NCBI GenBank assembly: GCA_963769025.1
Contig: CAVYKI010000009.1
Location: 608,001-672,000, forward strand
DNA: 64,000 nt
From: an uncultured Verrucomicrobiae bacterium
GTDB lineage: Bacteria > Verrucomicrobiota > Verrucomicrobiia > Chthoniobacterales > Chthoniobacteraceae
Direction of reading: 5' to 3'
Under the pieces are notes generated by a model. It was not told where the DNA came from. It did not search any database and saw only the letters and a program-made list of their open reading frames with translations. Every line of letters begins with the position of its first letter. Positions within the stretch are counted from its first letter, which is position 1. Made by a program: the position numbers and the translations under genes. This document shows, piece after piece, positions 1-11,573 of the stretch.

Positions 1-3000
1 CTGGCGGTGTTCGTGACTGCGCCACGGCCCTGCAGCGCCCCGGTGGAACCGATGCCGGTCCCGGTCAGAAACAGGCGGTTTGCAATGGTGACGCCGCCGG
101 CAATCTGGAATGCCGCACCCGTCTGGGCGACGGTCACGGAGCTGGCCGATCCGGTCCCGAGAGCGGTGGTGGTCTGGACTCTCACCGCGCCGGCATTGAT
201 CCGCACCGGACCGCTCCAAGCCGCGCCGTTAAAGGTGACGTTCCCCGAGCCCGGGCCGGTCGCGGCGTCGCTCAGGGTCACGATGCCGGTGGTGACGTCA
301 ACGTTCGTAACCGTCGTGCCGGGGGCAATGCCCGCGCCGGTGACGGTGGTCCCCCTCAGCGGCAGCGAGAGCGCCTCGGACGGCGTCAGGGTGATGGTCT
401 GGTCAAACTGCTGGATCGGAACCGAGGGCGCAAAACTCTGCACCGTCGCGCCATTGTTCGCCGTGATGAGCAGCGTTCCGTTGTCGTTCTTGACGATGCC
501 ATTGGTCTCGAATCCGGCGGGGAGCCCGAACGGCGCATCCACGGTGAAGATATTGCCGACGGTGACCTCGATCCCGTTCTGCGGTGTGGCGACCGTCGGG
601 TTCGTCACCGCGTTCAGCGAGGCCGTGTTTGCGAAAATCGTCCGGCTTGTGGAGAAGGTGTTCGTCGCGCGCAACGTGGCGATGCTGCCCGTCCCGTCCC
701 AGTTCAGGTTGACGGTGTTCAGGGCGTTGCCGAGCGCACCATTGCTGGCCACCGCGATCACGCCGTCCACGATGGAGATGGCGCTGCGGGCGCCTCCGAA
801 CGTATTGCCGCTGTTGCTGAGGACGAGGGTGCCGTTGCCGATTTTTTGCAGAACCGTGTTCACCGATCCGGTGACTGCACCGCTGACGATGCCGCTGAAC
901 GTGAGCCCCTGCACCGCATTCGACGCGGTCGGGTTCACCACGTTGAAGACACCGGGATTGAAAAGATCCGTCATGCTCACCGTCCCGGTGAAATCGACGC
1001 CGCTGCCCGCGTTGTTCTGGGCGGTGAGTGTCAGGTTTCCGAGCGTGAGGCTGCCCAGTTGCACGGTCTTGTTCGCGGCGCTCCTGAAAAGACCGCCGTA
1101 TGCCGTCCCGTCGCGATCCGGCTGGACGGTCGCGTCACTGATCATCGTGACATTGATGGGCTGCGCAAAGGTAAGCGTCTGCGGGGCGCCTGTGCCGTTG
1201 CCGCCCGCATAGGCCGCGCCGCCATTGCCATCGAGCGCCAGGATCAGGGTTCCGCTGGTGGTCACCGCATTGCCTTTGGCGAGCGCCTGCAGGCGGGCGA
1301 TGGAAAGCTTCGCCCCGGTCTCGATCACGACCGGTCCGCTGAAGCCGCCCGCGCCGCTGTTGTCACCGCTCAGGGTCACGATTCCGCCCGAGCCGGTCGG
1401 GATCGTCATCGTCCCGCTCCCGTTGATCGTTCCGCTGATGTTCAGATTCGCATTGGCGCTGCTGCTATAGTCGCGGGCCAGCAGCTGAAAGTCATTCTCC
1501 CCAGCCGTGATGGTGCCGGAGAACCCGCCGCCGTTCCCGCCCGCGCCGCTCAGCGCGGCGCCCCCGCCGGTGAAGGTGAGGTTGTTGGTGATGATGGAGT
1601 TCACCGCCGCGAATTCCGCACCGCCGCCGATGGTCACCGTGCCGCCCGCTGGGATGCCCGCCGAACTCGCCGCAAAGACGCCGGCATTGATCCGCGTGAG
1701 ACCGCCGTAAGTGCTGTTGATGTTCACCGCAGTCGCGCCGCCAAACGTGAGGAATTGCGCGGAGGCAGTGCCGGAGGTAGGGGCGCTGAGGCTCACCACT
1801 CCGGTGCCTGTGTCGATCGCGAGGATCGTCGTTCCGGGGGTGATATTCACGCCGGTGACCGTCGAGCCGACCACGAGGTTCGCCGCCTGCGCAGGTGAAA
1901 GGGTGAGCGTCGAGGTGCCGAAGGCCAGGGTCGCGCCGCCGAATACGAGATTCTGCACCGATGGCGAACCGGTCGTGGGGAGGCCGATGGTCACCTGGCC
2001 GTTGCCGAGGTTGATGCCCGTGATGAACGTGTTCGGCTGGATGTTCGTGCCCGAGACGAGGGAGCCGATGAACAGTTGGGACGCCTGGGCCGGCGTGAGG
2101 TTGATCGTCTGTGAGCCGCCGCCGACAGTGGCGGTGAACTCCTTGACGGGGCTCGAGGAGGCAGTCGCGACCTGCGAGAGGGTCACATTCGTGCCCGCGA
2201 CGCTGGCGATGGTCGTGCCGGGAGTGATCCCGGGACCATCCACCGACATGCCGGCCACGAGCGCCGGAATGGTCGCGCGGAGCGTGAGGGTGGTGGAACC
2301 GATCGCGGATGTCGCGTGGTCGTTGTTTAGCGGGCCGGCTGTCGCGCTGAAGTTCTGCGTGCTGCCAAAGGCCAGGGTCGCTCCGCTGAAGGTGATCGTC
2401 TGAAGGGACGCGGTGCCGATGGTGCTGGCGCTCAGGGTCACGTTGCCGGTGCCGACGTTGATCGCAAAGATCGTCGTATTTGGCGCGATATTCGTGCCGG
2501 AGACCGGCTGGCCGACGGTCAGCGTGCCCGCCTGGGCCGACGTGAGATTCACGATGTTCGATCCGCCCCCGACAGTGGTGTCGTAGCTCAGCGGAGCCGC
2601 CGAGGTGACGGTCACCGGGTTCGAGAGGGTCACCGAGTTGCCGGAAATCGAAGAGATGGTGGTGTTCGCCGGGATGCCGGGGCCGAAGGCGGGCATGCCT
2701 GGCACGAGTCCCGCCGGCGCCGTGGAAGCGAGGGTGATGGCGTTCGATCCTGCCAGCGTGGATGAACCGCCCAGGCTGAGCGCGCCGGCGGTCTGCGGAT
2801 TCAGCTGCAAGGATCCCAAACCGCTCTTGGTCAGCCCGCCCGAACCGGTGACCACGCTGGAAATATTCAGGGCGTCGCCGACCGCGTCTGTGCGGATGAT
2901 CAATTCATTTGCACCCGCCGCGATGGTTCCTCCCGCGATCGGGGCGATTCCGCCGCCGCTCTTGAGGATTCCCGCATTCGTGAGGGTGATCGTGGTGCCC

Positions 3001-4181
3001 GGGTTTTGGAGGATGCCGCCGTTGGCCGTAAACGAGCTGCCCGCGAGGTTCAGCGTGAGGACGGTGAGATTTCCCTGGCCGGTCACGTCGGCCGTCACCC
3101 GCACATGCTTGTTCGCGTTGGCCGGTGCGATTCCCGCCGCGGAGCCGGCCTGCGTCGCGGTGTTGGCATCCACTCCGTAGTTGATCCCCCGCACGAATCC
3201 GCCCGCGTCATAGTAGGCAAAGTTGTTGTTGCCAAACCCGTCCGTGAAGAACAGGCCTTGGTTCATGAATCCGGCGGCCTGCCCGGTCAGCACGATCTTG
3301 GTGTTGTTGGCCCCGGTACCGTTCTGCACGAAGCTCCCGGTCGCACCGGCTGCACGGGCGCTGAGCGAGGAAAATGTCAGGGTCGCGACATCGGAGAGGA
3401 TGTTGAAGGCATTCAGGCTCACCGTGCCCTCGCCGCCGCTGAAAGTCAGCGCGCCGAGCGACAGGTTCGTTCCTCCGGAAGCTGCGGTGAACTGGAACGT
3501 CGCGGTGCTCGTGATCGTCAGGGCCTGTGACTTCAGGATCCCCGGCGAAAACTGGGAGGCGAAGTCCAGCACCAGCTTTCCGCCAGCGAGGGTGACGCCG
3601 CCGGTGATGCCACTCGCGCCGGTGCTGTCGCCGTCCAAGATCAGCGTGCCGGCGCCCGCCTTGGTGAATCCGCCCGTCCCGCGCAACTCAACAGTGATCG
3701 TCGCGATGTCCCCGGCATGCGTCACCGTGATTGCCTTCGTGGCCGGGTTGGGACCCGTCGAGGCGATCGTGATGCTGTTGCCGAACCCGCTCAGGGAATA
3801 GCCGCCCACGCTGAAAGTGAGCGCGCCCGCGGTGATGTGCTCGCCAACGCTCACGAAGGTGCCCGTGGTCGAGAACGGGAAGACGGCCTCGTTGTTGAGC
3901 GAGTTATTCCAGACCGAGTCCGTCACGCCATTCCACCACTGGGGGGTCGTCGTGTCCCAGAATCCGTTTCCGCCCAGGCTGCCGCCCCCATTCGGATCCC
4001 AAAACAGCGTCGCTGCCCGCGCTTCTCCGAGCCCCAGTGCCGTGATCGCGGAGACGGCCAGCACGCGGCAAAAGCCGGAAATCGATCCCGCAAGCGCCTT
4101 GGAGCCCGAATTCGACACAGTTCCTCGAAGTTGGCGCTTCGATTTACGGCTGCGGGGGCTGAAGGTACGTTTCATGGGCAT
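1..4181 (-). CDS. Giant secreted autotransporter-associated beta-strand-repeat protein (5' part; runs off the window edge)
   Basis: Manual minus-strand translation from ATG 4181 (alt 4175): MPMKRTFSPRSRKS...signal-like ALGLGEARA-ATLFWDPNGGGSLGGNGFWD; passenger repeats GGFTKAGAGTLIL, GGLTKSGLGSLQL, LQKIGNGTLVLSNSGNTFGG; Gly/Thr/Ser/Asn-rich, no stop seen before base 1. The plus-strand ORFs in the track are its antisense shadow. Confidence 0.88.
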   Translation of the reverse strand, partial: MPMKRTFSPRSRKSKRQLRGTVSNSGSKALAGSISGFCRVLAVSAITALGLGEARAATLFWDPNGGGSLGGNGFWDTTTPQWWNGVTDSVWNNSLNNEAVFPFSTTGTFVSVGEHITAGALTFSVGGYSLSGFGNSITIASTGPNPATKAITVTHAGDIATITVELRGTGGFTKAGAGTLILDGDSTGASGITGGVTLAGGKLVLDFASQFSPGILKSQALTITSTATFQFTAASGGTNLSLGALTFSGGEGTVSLNAFNILSDVATLTFSSLSARAAGATGSFVQNGTGANNTKIVLTGQAAGFMNQGLFFTDGFGNNNFAYYDAGGFVRGINYGVDANTATQAGSAAGIAPANANKHVRVTADVTGQGNLTVLTLNLAGSSFTANGGILQNPGTTITLTNAGILKSGGGIAPIAGGTIAAGANELIIRTDAVGDALNISSVVTGSGGLTKSGLGSLQLNPQTAGALSLGGSSTLAGSNAITLASTAPAGLVPGMPAFGPGIPANTTISSISGNSVTLSNPVTVTSAAPLSYDTTVGGGSNIVNLTSAQAGTLTVGQPVSGTNIAPNTTIFAINVGTGNVTLSASTIGTASLQTITFSGATLAFGSTQNFSATAGPLNNDHATSAIGSTTLTLRATIPALVAGMSVDGPGITPGTTIASVAGTNVTLSQVATASSSPVKEFTATVGGGSQTINLTPAQASQLFIGSLVSGTNIQPNTFITGINLGNGQVTIGLPTTGSPSVQNLVFGGATLAFGTSTLTLSPAQAANLVVGSTVTGVNITPGTTILAIDTGTGVVSLSAPTSGTASAQFLTFGGATAVNINSTYGGLTRINAGVFAASSAGIPAGGTVTIGGGAEFAAVNSIITNNLTFTGGGAALSGAGGNGGGFSGTITAGENDFQLLARDYSSSANANLNISGTINGSGTMTIPTGSGGIVTLSGDNSGAGGFSGPVVIETGAKLSIARLQALAKGNAVTTSGTLILALDGNGGAAYAGGNGTGAPQTLTFAQPINVTMISDATVQPDRDGTAYGGLFRSAANKTVQLGSLTLGNLTLTAQNNAGSGVDFTGTVSMTDLFNPGVFNVVNPTASNAVQGLTFSGIVSGAVTGSVNTVLQKIGNGTLVLSNSGNTFGGARSAISIVDGVIAVASNGALGNALNTVNLNWDGTGSIATLRATNTFSTSRTIFANTASLNAVTNPTVATPQNGIEVTVGNIFTVDAPFGLPAGFETNGIVKNDNGTLLITANNGATVQSFAPSVPIQQFDQTITLTPSEALSLPLRGTTVTGAGIAPGTTVTNVDVTTGIVTLSDAATGPGSGNVTFNGAAWSGPVRINAGAVRVQTTTALGTGSASSVTVAQTGAAFQIAGGVTIANRLFLTGTGIGSTGALQGRGAVTNTA

Positions 4182-4760
4182 TTGTTCTTATTGGCACGGG
4201 TGAGAGCTAAACTGCAACATTGGATCTCCCTCGGACGCGATCCAATGCACGGAGCAAAAAACATCCTCTGCCGCCAAACGTGCGCGGGCCGTGGGAAGCA
4301 GCCAGAAATGCCGGCAGCACGCTGAAAAACATGAGCGCAAAAGGGCTCCTCTTGCGAGGAGCACCGGACGGGAAACTAGGGGGAAAAGCGGTCACTTTTT
4401 GCGACGGAAAATGATTCCATGAAACAGACGCTTCGCAACGGGAATCTATTCGGTACCGCGCACATAACCGTAAATACATCGCATACACCGGACGAACGGC
4501 TGCTCGTGTCGATGGGGATCCCGTTTGCACCGTCCCTCGTGGCAGCGCGCTGCCATCAGCGCCGACGGCTTCGTTTCGCCGGCCTCAAGGATGAAGGAAA
4601 CCTCACGATTCCGTCTGGCAAGTCGCGCCGCGTCGTGTCTCCGATCAACGTGGTCGGCGTGAGTCTGTCATACGCGGATGCGGCGCAATCCTTGTCCGCA
4701 TTGCTTGCCACCTGTGCGCTCTAGTTTGGATCGGGCTGAATTGACGAGGGCAAGCGCGCC

Positions 4761-4779
4761 GGGGCAGGGAGCCTGCCCC

Positions 4780-4783
<4 letters not shown>
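4761..4783 (-). repeat. GTAG-type REP-like hairpin overlapping the oxidoreductase stop codon
   Basis: Minus strand reads GTAG-GGGGCAGG-CTC-CCTGCCCC: 8-bp stem preceded by GTAG, no U-tract. Confidence 0.35.
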
Positions 4784-6460
<1,677 letters not shown>

Positions 6461-6512
6461 AGGGAAGGGGATTGGAGTGAAGTGTTCAGGATCAAAATGG
6501 GGAATGAAGCAT

Positions 6513-7721
6513 TTACTCGCCGAGCCGCCACAGCGCGCTGTCGCCGCGGATGAAGACATGCTTCCCGCTGAGCGCCGGCGTGCTGAGCACCATTTCCTTC
6601 GTGCCTTCCTTGAGCGGGAGTTGGAGCCGTCCGAGCGCAGCGCCTTCGGGCTCGGTGACGTCCACGACTTGCACGAGCCCCTTTTCACTCACCGCGATGA
6701 GCCGTCCGCCCGCACCGACGGGTGAACCACTGAACGGTCCCTCGAGCCGCAGCTTCCACTTGCTGTCACCGGTCTTGATGTCCGCGCTTGAGAGCACGCC
6801 CGCGCTGTTGAATGCGAAAATTTTCCCATCGAGGATCACGGGGCTGATCGTCGCGGGATTGATCTGCTTCGAGCGCCAGACCTGGTCCGGCGCGCTGCCG
6901 TCCGCTTTGGGCGAGAGCGCCGTGACTCCATTCGACGGCGAGTAAATCACGCCCTTCGCGACGACGCTCGAACTCGAAGTGGACGCGCCTTCCGTGTAAT
7001 CCCACAGCACGCTCCCGCTCGCCGGATCCACGCCGGTGAGCCCTTTCGAGGACTGCAGCACGGCGATGGCCGGCGACTTCGCATCCGCGCGCCACGGCAC
7101 CGGGCTGCTCCAGTTCGCAGCTTTCGGGCGATCAAGTTTCCAAAGGTTGCGCCCTGTCTTCACGTCGATGCCGAGCGAGTAGCTTTCGCTGTCGTTCTCG
7201 ATCACCGCCACCAGCGTCTCGCCGATCACGATGGGTGACGAAGCCATGCCGAGGCTGTTGCTCACGTTCGGATAATCGACCGTGAGGCCGCGCAGCCACA
7301 GCAGATTCCCGTCGAGGTCAAATGCCGCGAGATCGTTGCTGCTCCACAGCGCGAAGATGCGCTTGCCGTCGCTGCACGGCGTGCACGCGGCGATGGAAGT
7401 CTTCGGGTGCGACATCGTGCGCCCGGTAGCCTTGAGCTGCCGTTCCCACACCTTCGTGCCGTCGTCAAAGTTGAAGCAGATGACATGCAGCCGCTCCTGC
7501 TTCGGCCCGCTCGAACACGTCACGAACACCTTTTTCCCGATCACGATCGGGCTCGCCAGCCCGCGGCCTGGCAGCGACGCGGTCCAGTCGATTTTCGGCT
7601 TCGCAGGAACCACCGCATCCGCCGCGGTGGCTGAGCTGTCCGGTCCGCGGAACTGCGGCCAGTCGCCGGCAATGGCGGGGAGGGGGAGTGCTGCGAGGGA
7701 GAGGGCGAGGAGGCGTTTCAT
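6513..7721 (-). CDS. PQQ-binding-like (BamB-type) beta-propeller repeat protein
   Basis: Signal peptide, DWPQFRGP start motif, repeated AFDLDGNLLW / DVKTGRNLW / SSPIV / STPA blades. Confidence 0.88.
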   Translation of the reverse strand: MKRLLALSLAALPLPAIAGDWPQFRGPDSSATAADAVVPAKPKIDWTASLPGRGLASPIVIGKKVFVTCSSGPKQERLHVICFNFDDGTKVWERQLKATGRTMSHPKTSIAACTPCSDGKRIFALWSSNDLAAFDLDGNLLWLRGLTVDYPNVSNSLGMASSPIVIGETLVAVIENDSESYSLGIDVKTGRNLWKLDRPKAANWSSPVPWRADAKSPAIAVLQSSKGLTGVDPASGSVLWDYTEGASTSSSSVVAKGVIYSPSNGVTALSPKADGSAPDQVWRSKQINPATISPVILDGKIFAFNSAGVLSSADIKTGDSKWKLRLEGPFSGSPVGAGGRLIAVSEKGLVQVVDVTEPEGAALGRLQLPLKEGTKEMVLSTPALSGKHVFIRGDSALWRLGE

Positions 7722-7739
7722 GGATTGGAAAAATGAGGG

Positions 7740-8846
7740 TTACTTCGCCGCGAGGATCGCCGTGCCGGCGCTGTCGCAGAGGCGGAGCTGGAATTCCCAC
7801 TCCACGGTCCACTGCTCGGTCTGCTCGTTCTGGCAGCACTTCACGAGCACCGTGTTCGCGCCCTTCTTGAGGCGGACCTTCATCTTGTATTGGTCCATCT
7901 GCGCGCCGCGGTGATACTCGTCGCGCCCGAAGAGCAGCTCGCCGTTCAGCCACACCTTCCAGCCGTTTTTGCAACCGAGCCGCAGTTCTGCCTCGCGCTC
8001 CACGGGCGAGTCGATCGTCGTCGTGGCGTAGGCCGTCACGTCCTTCAGCATCCCGAGCGCCTTGTTGAAATCCAGCTTCCCCGTGTCCTCTTTCCCCGCA
8101 AACGGCTTCCACTTCACCTTGCCCGTCTTGCCGTCGAATTCCGCGTCGAGCTTCCCGCCTTGCTCCGGCGGGAACACCGTGTCGAAGCCCTTGCGCCCGG
8201 TGTTTTCAAATGGCCCGATGACGTTCCAGTTCATCAGGAAACCGAAGTGCTTCGGCAGATCCACAGCCACCCCGAGCTTCTTGAGTTCGCCCGCGATTGT
8301 CTGTGTCTGATCCTCGTCGCGGACCGCAGCCAGCGCGAGAAGGTATGCCGCCTTTGCTTCGTCACCGGTCTTCTTTTTCGCCGCATCCACGAGCCGCTGC
8401 ACCGCGCCGCGCCGCAGCTCCTGCACCGGGTCATTCACCAGCCCCGGCTCGATTTTGTCGGCGAGCGCGCCGTCGGCTTTCACGATCAAATCGAAGGCAA
8501 GCTGGCGCGCGGAAGCAGGATTTTGTGTGTCTTTCAAAAACGCCTCGATCTCCGCGACTGGCAGCGGCTGTTTGCCGCGCAGCGCCGCGTCCGCGATCGC
8601 ATCGCCCGCGAGCCGCAGCCAATTGTCCGCGACGGGGCCGCCTTTTCCGGTCGCGGCGAGCAACGCGGGCAGCGCCTTCGGCCCCTCGGCCACGACCTTC
8701 GCCCACGCCGCCGAGGCTGCTTCGTTGCCAGCACCTTCGCGGCCCGTCGCAGCGAGCGCCTTCACGGATTCCTCCACCGCCGCGTGCAGCGGTGTGAGCA
8801 TGACGATGATAAGTGTGGTGGGGGCAAACAGGAGGCGAGGAAGCAT
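7740..8846 (-). CDS. Conserved hypothetical secreted protein (helical N-terminus, beta-sandwich C-terminus)
   Basis: Signal-like N-terminus; HFGFLMNWNVIGPF and KVWLNG...LKKGANTVLVK motifs; co-oriented 18 bp upstream of the propeller gene. Confidence 0.75.
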   Translation of the reverse strand: MLPRLLFAPTTLIIVMLTPLHAAVEESVKALAATGREGAGNEAASAAWAKVVAEGPKALPALLAATGKGGPVADNWLRLAGDAIADAALRGKQPLPVAEIEAFLKDTQNPASARQLAFDLIVKADGALADKIEPGLVNDPVQELRRGAVQRLVDAAKKKTGDEAKAAYLLALAAVRDEDQTQTIAGELKKLGVAVDLPKHFGFLMNWNVIGPFENTGRKGFDTVFPPEQGGKLDAEFDGKTGKVKWKPFAGKEDTGKLDFNKALGMLKDVTAYATTTIDSPVEREAELRLGCKNGWKVWLNGELLFGRDEYHRGAQMDQYKMKVRLKKGANTVLVKCCQNEQTEQWTVEWEFQLRLCDSAGTAILAAK

Positions 8847-9045
8847 GGCGGGATAATCCCGCTGGCTTGCGCATCCTTGGCAAGCACGAAGGCGATCCGC
8901 CGAATCTTCCCCTTGGTGAAAGCGGTTTTGTTCACGTTGCGGAAGGGTGCGCCCACCTCGGGATTTTCACAAAACTGAGCATTAATATTTCGTGTTGACG
9001 GAGGATATTCTCGGTGGTTGAAACGCCGATATTCCCCATCACCAC

Positions 9046-9867
9046 ATGCACTCCAAACGTCTCCTCCCTGCTGCGTTCGCCGCGTCCCTGTTCGCAGCAA
9101 CCCCCCGATCCGAAGCCGCCCTCGCCGGCCTCTGGCGATTCACTGACACCGGTAGTAGCCAGGCGGATTCCTCTGTAAACTCGAACACGGCCACCACAAT
9201 GAACGGAGCGGTCTGGGCATTTGATGCCGCTCGCAACAGCGGCATCATGTCTTTTGATGGCCTCAATGACTTCCTGCAGGCGGCGGATTCACCAAGCCTG
9301 TCCATCACCGGGGACATGAGCATCGCGCTCTGGGTGAACATGACCACTTTGGCCAGCCCCGACCAGTGGCGGGGCTTGGTAGCCAAGGATCCGACAGGCA
9401 GCGGCAATCCCGCCCCTTACCAATTCTGGTTTAACCAAGGGAACAACCTCGGGGCCTTCGGTCGAGGCAACGGCACGGTGTCTGATTTTGCATTCGGCTC
9501 CGCAACTGTCGGCAACATTCCGGTGGCGGGGGTTTGGGAGCACTGGGCCGTGAGCCAGAGCGGCACCACCGCGACGATGTACCGGAATGGCCTCGCCATT
9601 GCGATGACTGACACCACGATTAGCACGACCATTGCCGATGGGGGAGGTCCGCTTATCATCGGTGACCGTCCCGGTGCGCAGGACATGAGTTTCCACGGAC
9701 GGATGGATGATGTGGCCATCTTCAACCAAGCACTCACGCAGGCCGAGATTCAGAGCATCATGGACGGCGACTTCAGTGCCTTCGGTGTGCCCGTGCCCGA
9801 ACCGGGAACTGCGGCCTTCGGGCTCGCACTTGTCGGCGTTGCGTTGCTCCGCCGTCGCAGGAATTGA
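9046..9867 (+). CDS. LamG (concanavalin-like) domain PEP-CTERM protein
   Basis: Signal peptide; SFDGLNDF, WEHWAV, FHGRMDDVAIFNQALT LamG motifs; C-terminal VPEPGT + hydrophobic helix + RRRR. Confidence 0.92.
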   Translation: MHSKRLLPAAFAASLFAATPRSEAALAGLWRFTDTGSSQADSSVNSNTATTMNGAVWAFDAARNSGIMSFDGLNDFLQAADSPSLSITGDMSIALWVNMTTLASPDQWRGLVAKDPTGSGNPAPYQFWFNQGNNLGAFGRGNGTVSDFAFGSATVGNIPVAGVWEHWAVSQSGTTATMYRNGLAIAMTDTTISTTIADGGGPLIIGDRPGAQDMSFHGRMDDVAIFNQALTQAEIQSIMDGDFSAFGVPVPEPGTAAFGLALVGVALLRRRRN

Positions 9868-9909
9868 AGCAGGCTTCTTCCGGTATGGAGCAGCCGAGGC
9901 TTCTCGTCG

Positions 9910-11487
9910 TCAGCGTCCGTCGTCCGCGAGCCACTTCACCGCTTCCGCGCGATACTCGGAGGAGGTCGGCGGGCGGCGTTGCGCAGACGTGAACTGCGTC
10001 ACCCACGCCACGCCTTTTTCATACAGGCTCCGGTGCGTGTGCCAGATGGGTTGCTTCACACCTTTGTCGTCGATGAGCCAGAAGCCACGGTGGCGACCGT
10101 CGTCAGTGACTTCGTTGTTGTAGAGTTCCCAGTAAAGGATGAGCGGGCAGCCCCACTCGAGGCCGGCGCGAATCACTTCGCGCGAGAGGCGATCCTGCTC
10201 GCCGGGCACGTGCCGGATTGCGGGGAATCCGTATTCGCCGATGAACACGCGCCGGCCCGTGATGCCAGGCTTGGGCGGCAGTTTCGATTCGATGAAACTG
10301 AGCGCCGCCTTCAGCATCGCGGGATCCGCCTGCGTGTCGTAGGCGGAGTAGGAAACGAGATCGACGTTGGTCTTCGGCAGCACTTCGTTCACGAGCGCCG
10401 GGCGGCCGTGCATGGCGAGCTTTACGTGATTGACCTCGGTGTAATGCCACACCGCCACGTCGCGGTGCGGCGTATTCCGTTTCGCATCATCCACGGCGCG
10501 CTGCCGCGCATTGAGCCAGTCCGCCATGCCTTGCACGGCGACGGGCGTCACTTTTGAATCATTCTCCGGCGCGACGCTGCCGCGCAGGAATCCGTCGCCC
10601 TCCCAATGTCCGAGGTAAAACGTCTTGCCGCTGCCGCTGTACGTTTTCAGCAAATGCGCGGCGAGTTCATGCATCTCGCGATACTCGTTCTCCGCATCCG
10701 CCTTTGAAAAACCGTTCCGCCATTTTTGCGCACCGCCGCCGAACGTGTGCGCCCACAGCACGAAATGCGCGAACGGCATATCGAGCACCTTGCGGTGCGA
10801 AGTCTCGTCACGTGCGAGCGAGGCCAGCGATTGAATGTCTGTGCGCACCGCCGGGACGTTGCCGTTCCGGTCGGCGTAGCGCGCTCCGAGATGGAACTTG
10901 ATAACCGTCCCGCCGAGTTCGCGGATCGCATCGGCGGTCTCCACGAGGCGCGGCGCTTTCGTGAACTGATACGATGCCCCGATGGTCTGCGTGCCGATGA
11001 TGTAGTTGAAATGTTGCACTCCGAACTTCGCGCCCGGAATCGTGAAGGCGCCTGGCTCGGGCGTGCGAACCACTCCAGGCCGCGAGCCCCAGATTTTCAG
11101 CAGTTCCACTTCGCCGATTTGCGCCGCTGACTCGCGGATGAGATTGGCGACGTATTGGCCTTCGCAGCGTTTTCCAGCGACGGCCTGCTTCGCCCAGTAA
11201 TCGTTGTGGATGACTTTCCGCCGCTCCAGAACCGCGAGCGCCTGCTCCCGGTTCTGCACGGGCTCGAAAACGCGCGCCAGGTTCACCAGCAACTCCGCCA
11301 CTTTCGCGCCGTCGCACAGCTTCCCTTTTTCCGCATTCTCGATCCAATAATCCGCCGCCGCCGTGACCTTCATGCGCACGAGCATCCCGATTTCGCGGGA
11401 AATATTCGCAGGTGCCGGCGCGGGGTCGGCTGCGGCGCAAATTGGTGGCAGCAGCAGGAGCGCAGCGAGGAAATGGAGCAGTTTCAT
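9910..11487 (-). CDS. Secreted hypothetical protein, probable glycoside-hydrolase-like TIM barrel with a duplicated N-terminal module
   Basis: Signal peptide MKLLHFLAALLLL (ATG 11487); GHWEGD and FIGEYGFP motifs resemble clan GH-A acid/base and nucleophile contexts. Confidence 0.6.
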   Translation of the reverse strand: MKLLHFLAALLLLPPICAAADPAPAPANISREIGMLVRMKVTAAADYWIENAEKGKLCDGAKVAELLVNLARVFEPVQNREQALAVLERRKVIHNDYWAKQAVAGKRCEGQYVANLIRESAAQIGEVELLKIWGSRPGVVRTPEPGAFTIPGAKFGVQHFNYIIGTQTIGASYQFTKAPRLVETADAIRELGGTVIKFHLGARYADRNGNVPAVRTDIQSLASLARDETSHRKVLDMPFAHFVLWAHTFGGGAQKWRNGFSKADAENEYREMHELAAHLLKTYSGSGKTFYLGHWEGDGFLRGSVAPENDSKVTPVAVQGMADWLNARQRAVDDAKRNTPHRDVAVWHYTEVNHVKLAMHGRPALVNEVLPKTNVDLVSYSAYDTQADPAMLKAALSFIESKLPPKPGITGRRVFIGEYGFPAIRHVPGEQDRLSREVIRAGLEWGCPLILYWELYNNEVTDDGRHRGFWLIDDKGVKQPIWHTHRSLYEKGVAWVTQFTSAQRRPPTSSEYRAEAVKWLADDGR

Positions 11488-11573
11488 TTTGAACAAGGGG
11501 GGTATGCGGCATGCCAAGGCACACGCAACGGGTCCCTTCTTGCATGTTGTGAGTCGGTGTGCGATAAACGTTT

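Noticed and set aside
7..4203. Chain of plus-strand ORFs (7..1212, 1711..2403, 2605..3180 etc.)
   Set aside because: Val/Pro-rich antisense shadows of the minus-strand autotransporter-repeat gene.
4207..4724. Short ORFs or possible RNA element in the intergenic region
   Set aside because: No recognisable protein motif, riboswitch or RNA gene.
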